From NCBI GenBank assembly GCA_036785375.1, contig JAWMAR010000023.1, positions 7,316,001 to 7,380,000 of the forward strand: 64,000 nucleotides of DNA, read 5' to 3'. Position numbers and translations under genes: made by a program. This stretch comes from Leucoraja ocellata. Its lineage: Eukaryota. Positions within the stretch are counted from its first letter, which is position 1. Each line of letters opens with the position of its first letter. Of this stretch, positions 62,478 to 64,000 are shown one piece after another. Below the pieces are notes generated by a model. That model was not told where the DNA came from and did no database searches. It saw only the letters and a program-made list of their open reading frames with translations.

Positions 62478-62590
62478 TCAGACCGTAATGAATGATCCGT
62501 GATCAACGTTGATTGAATCAGGTTCCACACAACGCCCTCGCCTTCGAGTAACTCTCCGGTTTCGGTGAAACTTGGCATAGCAGCGGAGAC
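62478..62590 (-). CDS. DRAXIN: Draxin terminal coding exon ([37 protein letters not shown]); upstream exons lie outside the window
   Basis: ttcaccag acceptor, phase 1. The peptide is nearly identical to the draxin C-terminal Cys-rich region. Position upstream of AGTRAP is syntenic. Missed by the ORF track. Confidence 0.95.
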
Positions 62591-62859
62591 CTGGTGAACA
62601 GCGAAGAATTATAAAGGGATTCAGGCTTTGCAGCTTACTAGGACATGGTTTGATTATTAGCTTTAACTACAGCAACAAGATCCATTCCCTTTCCTTATTT
62701 ACCATGCTGAAAAATATAGTTAACAGTTTACAGTAGATGTTTATATCTTACCACAGCACCAAGAGGAGAATAGAATTTTAGTGAATGACTGTGAACATGA
62801 ATGGGAGACGTTGAGCTGATTTCAGGGGCAGTATAAGATTGTGTTCACGGGATACTGGG

Positions 62860-63440
62860 TTTCTTTCAAACTGCTAAGAAAATTTAGCATGTGACCAATG
62901 CCACTTGCCAATGTCTGCAGATGCATCATAGAACGCGTCCTATCGTGTTTCGTCAGGTCTTGGTTTGGCAACTGCTCTCCCCAAGAATGCAAGAAATGTC
63001 AGTGTTGTGGCCACTAGTCTAGTTCAACGTGCAGACCGCCTTCTCCCCTTCCCTTCGTCGTCCCCCCGGTCCCACCATGACTCCAATCTACACTTTACCT
63101 CAGGAAAGCAGCCAACATAATAAAGGACCATTTAACCCCAATCATTCCCTCTTCCACCCTCTCCCATTGGACAGAAGATACAAAAGCTTGAAATCAGATA
63201 CAAAAACTTCTTCCCGCTGTTACCAGACTATTGAATGGACTACTAAGTGTATTCCCAATATATCATGATGCGGCCCTTGCACTGTCTTTTAATTCTGCAT
63301 ATTCTTTATCAGCTGTAATACTTTGCACTCTATTTCCTTTCTCTTTCTACACTACGTGTTGTGCTCATTTATGGTTTTATTGTACTCAAGAATGATATGG
63401 TTTGCCTGGATAGCAAACAAAACAAAGTTTATTACAATTA
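62860..63440 (+). mobile_element. Rex1/Babar-type LINE 3' fragment in a DRAXIN intron
   Basis: HSLFHPLPLDRRYKSLK remnant and family 3' tail. Confidence 0.6.
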
Positions 63441-63544
63441 TGTCAGCACGTGCCAATCATAAACCCACACTAATACCATTCCTGTCACTTCAATGACCAC
63501 TGAATGGGTTAATGAGGAGGCAACACTCACAGGTCTGAAAAGGA

Positions 63545-63968
63545 CAGAGCTAGAGTAACTCAGCAGATCTCTGGAGAACATGGATAGGTGACATTTTGGG
63601 TCAGGACTCTTCTTCAGACTAATTGTAGGGGGGGGGGGGGTGGGGGAGCTGGGAGAGAGGATAGGTAGGACAAAGTGTGGCAGATAATGGGTGGACAGAG
63701 GCAAGTTTTTTTTGATAGGTAGATGGTTGGAACAAAGGTCAGAGATTAAAAGAGAAGATGTAAGACAGACTGACTGAGGAGTTGCAAATTGTGAAGCCAG
63801 AAGTAGGAATGTAGGAAGGAGTGGAGGGAAGAAATAGGTGCAAGTCCAGATGAGGTACAGTGGAGGGGAAGGCGAGAACGGGGTGGGTGGGGGCTGTTAA
63901 AATATGAGCTAAAATTGGAGCATTCTGTGTTCATATCATTGGGTTGTAGACTACCCAACATATGAGAG
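63545..63968 (-). mobile_element. Penelope-like retroelement 3' fragment (GIY-YIG endonuclease C-terminus plus pLTR)
   Basis: The - strand peptide LGSLQPNDMNTECSNF resembles the vertebrate Penelope EN C-terminus. It is followed by a pyrimidine-rich linker and the same pLTR arm as the short elements. Confidence 0.7.
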
Positions 63969-64000
63969 TCTTGGTTTAATATCCATTGTTTAAAGTCTAA

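Overview
Vertebrate (eukaryotic) genomic DNA. The repeat families (V-domain tRNA-SINEs, CR1, Rex/Babar and Penelope-like remnants) point to a cartilaginous fish, probably a skate or ray; this assignment is inference. The window holds four intron-containing genes in the same order and orientation as human 1p36.22. (1) The last six coding exons of MTHFR (+, 13..2931). (2) A convergent, manually reconstructed 19-coding-exon C1orf167-like gene (-, 7360..36417, about 1523 aa) whose C-terminal half is built from Sfi1-like Trp repeats. (3) A complete AGTRAP (-, 46009..56399, 168 aa) with a candidate alternative terminal exon. (4) The terminal coding exon of DRAXIN (-, 62478..62590). Most short ORFs in the supplied track are intronic or repeat noise. 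The most notable non-genic signal is a dense family of about 20 short Penelope-derived elements. They are often palindromic, are flanked by 13-19 bp direct repeats, and carry a minimal hammerhead-ribozyme-like core; copies lie in or next to the 3' UTR regions of MTHFR, AGTRAP and DRAXIN. No prokaryotic-type system (CRISPR, operon) is present. Repeat boundaries are approximate, and all homology calls are by eye or from memory, not from database searches.
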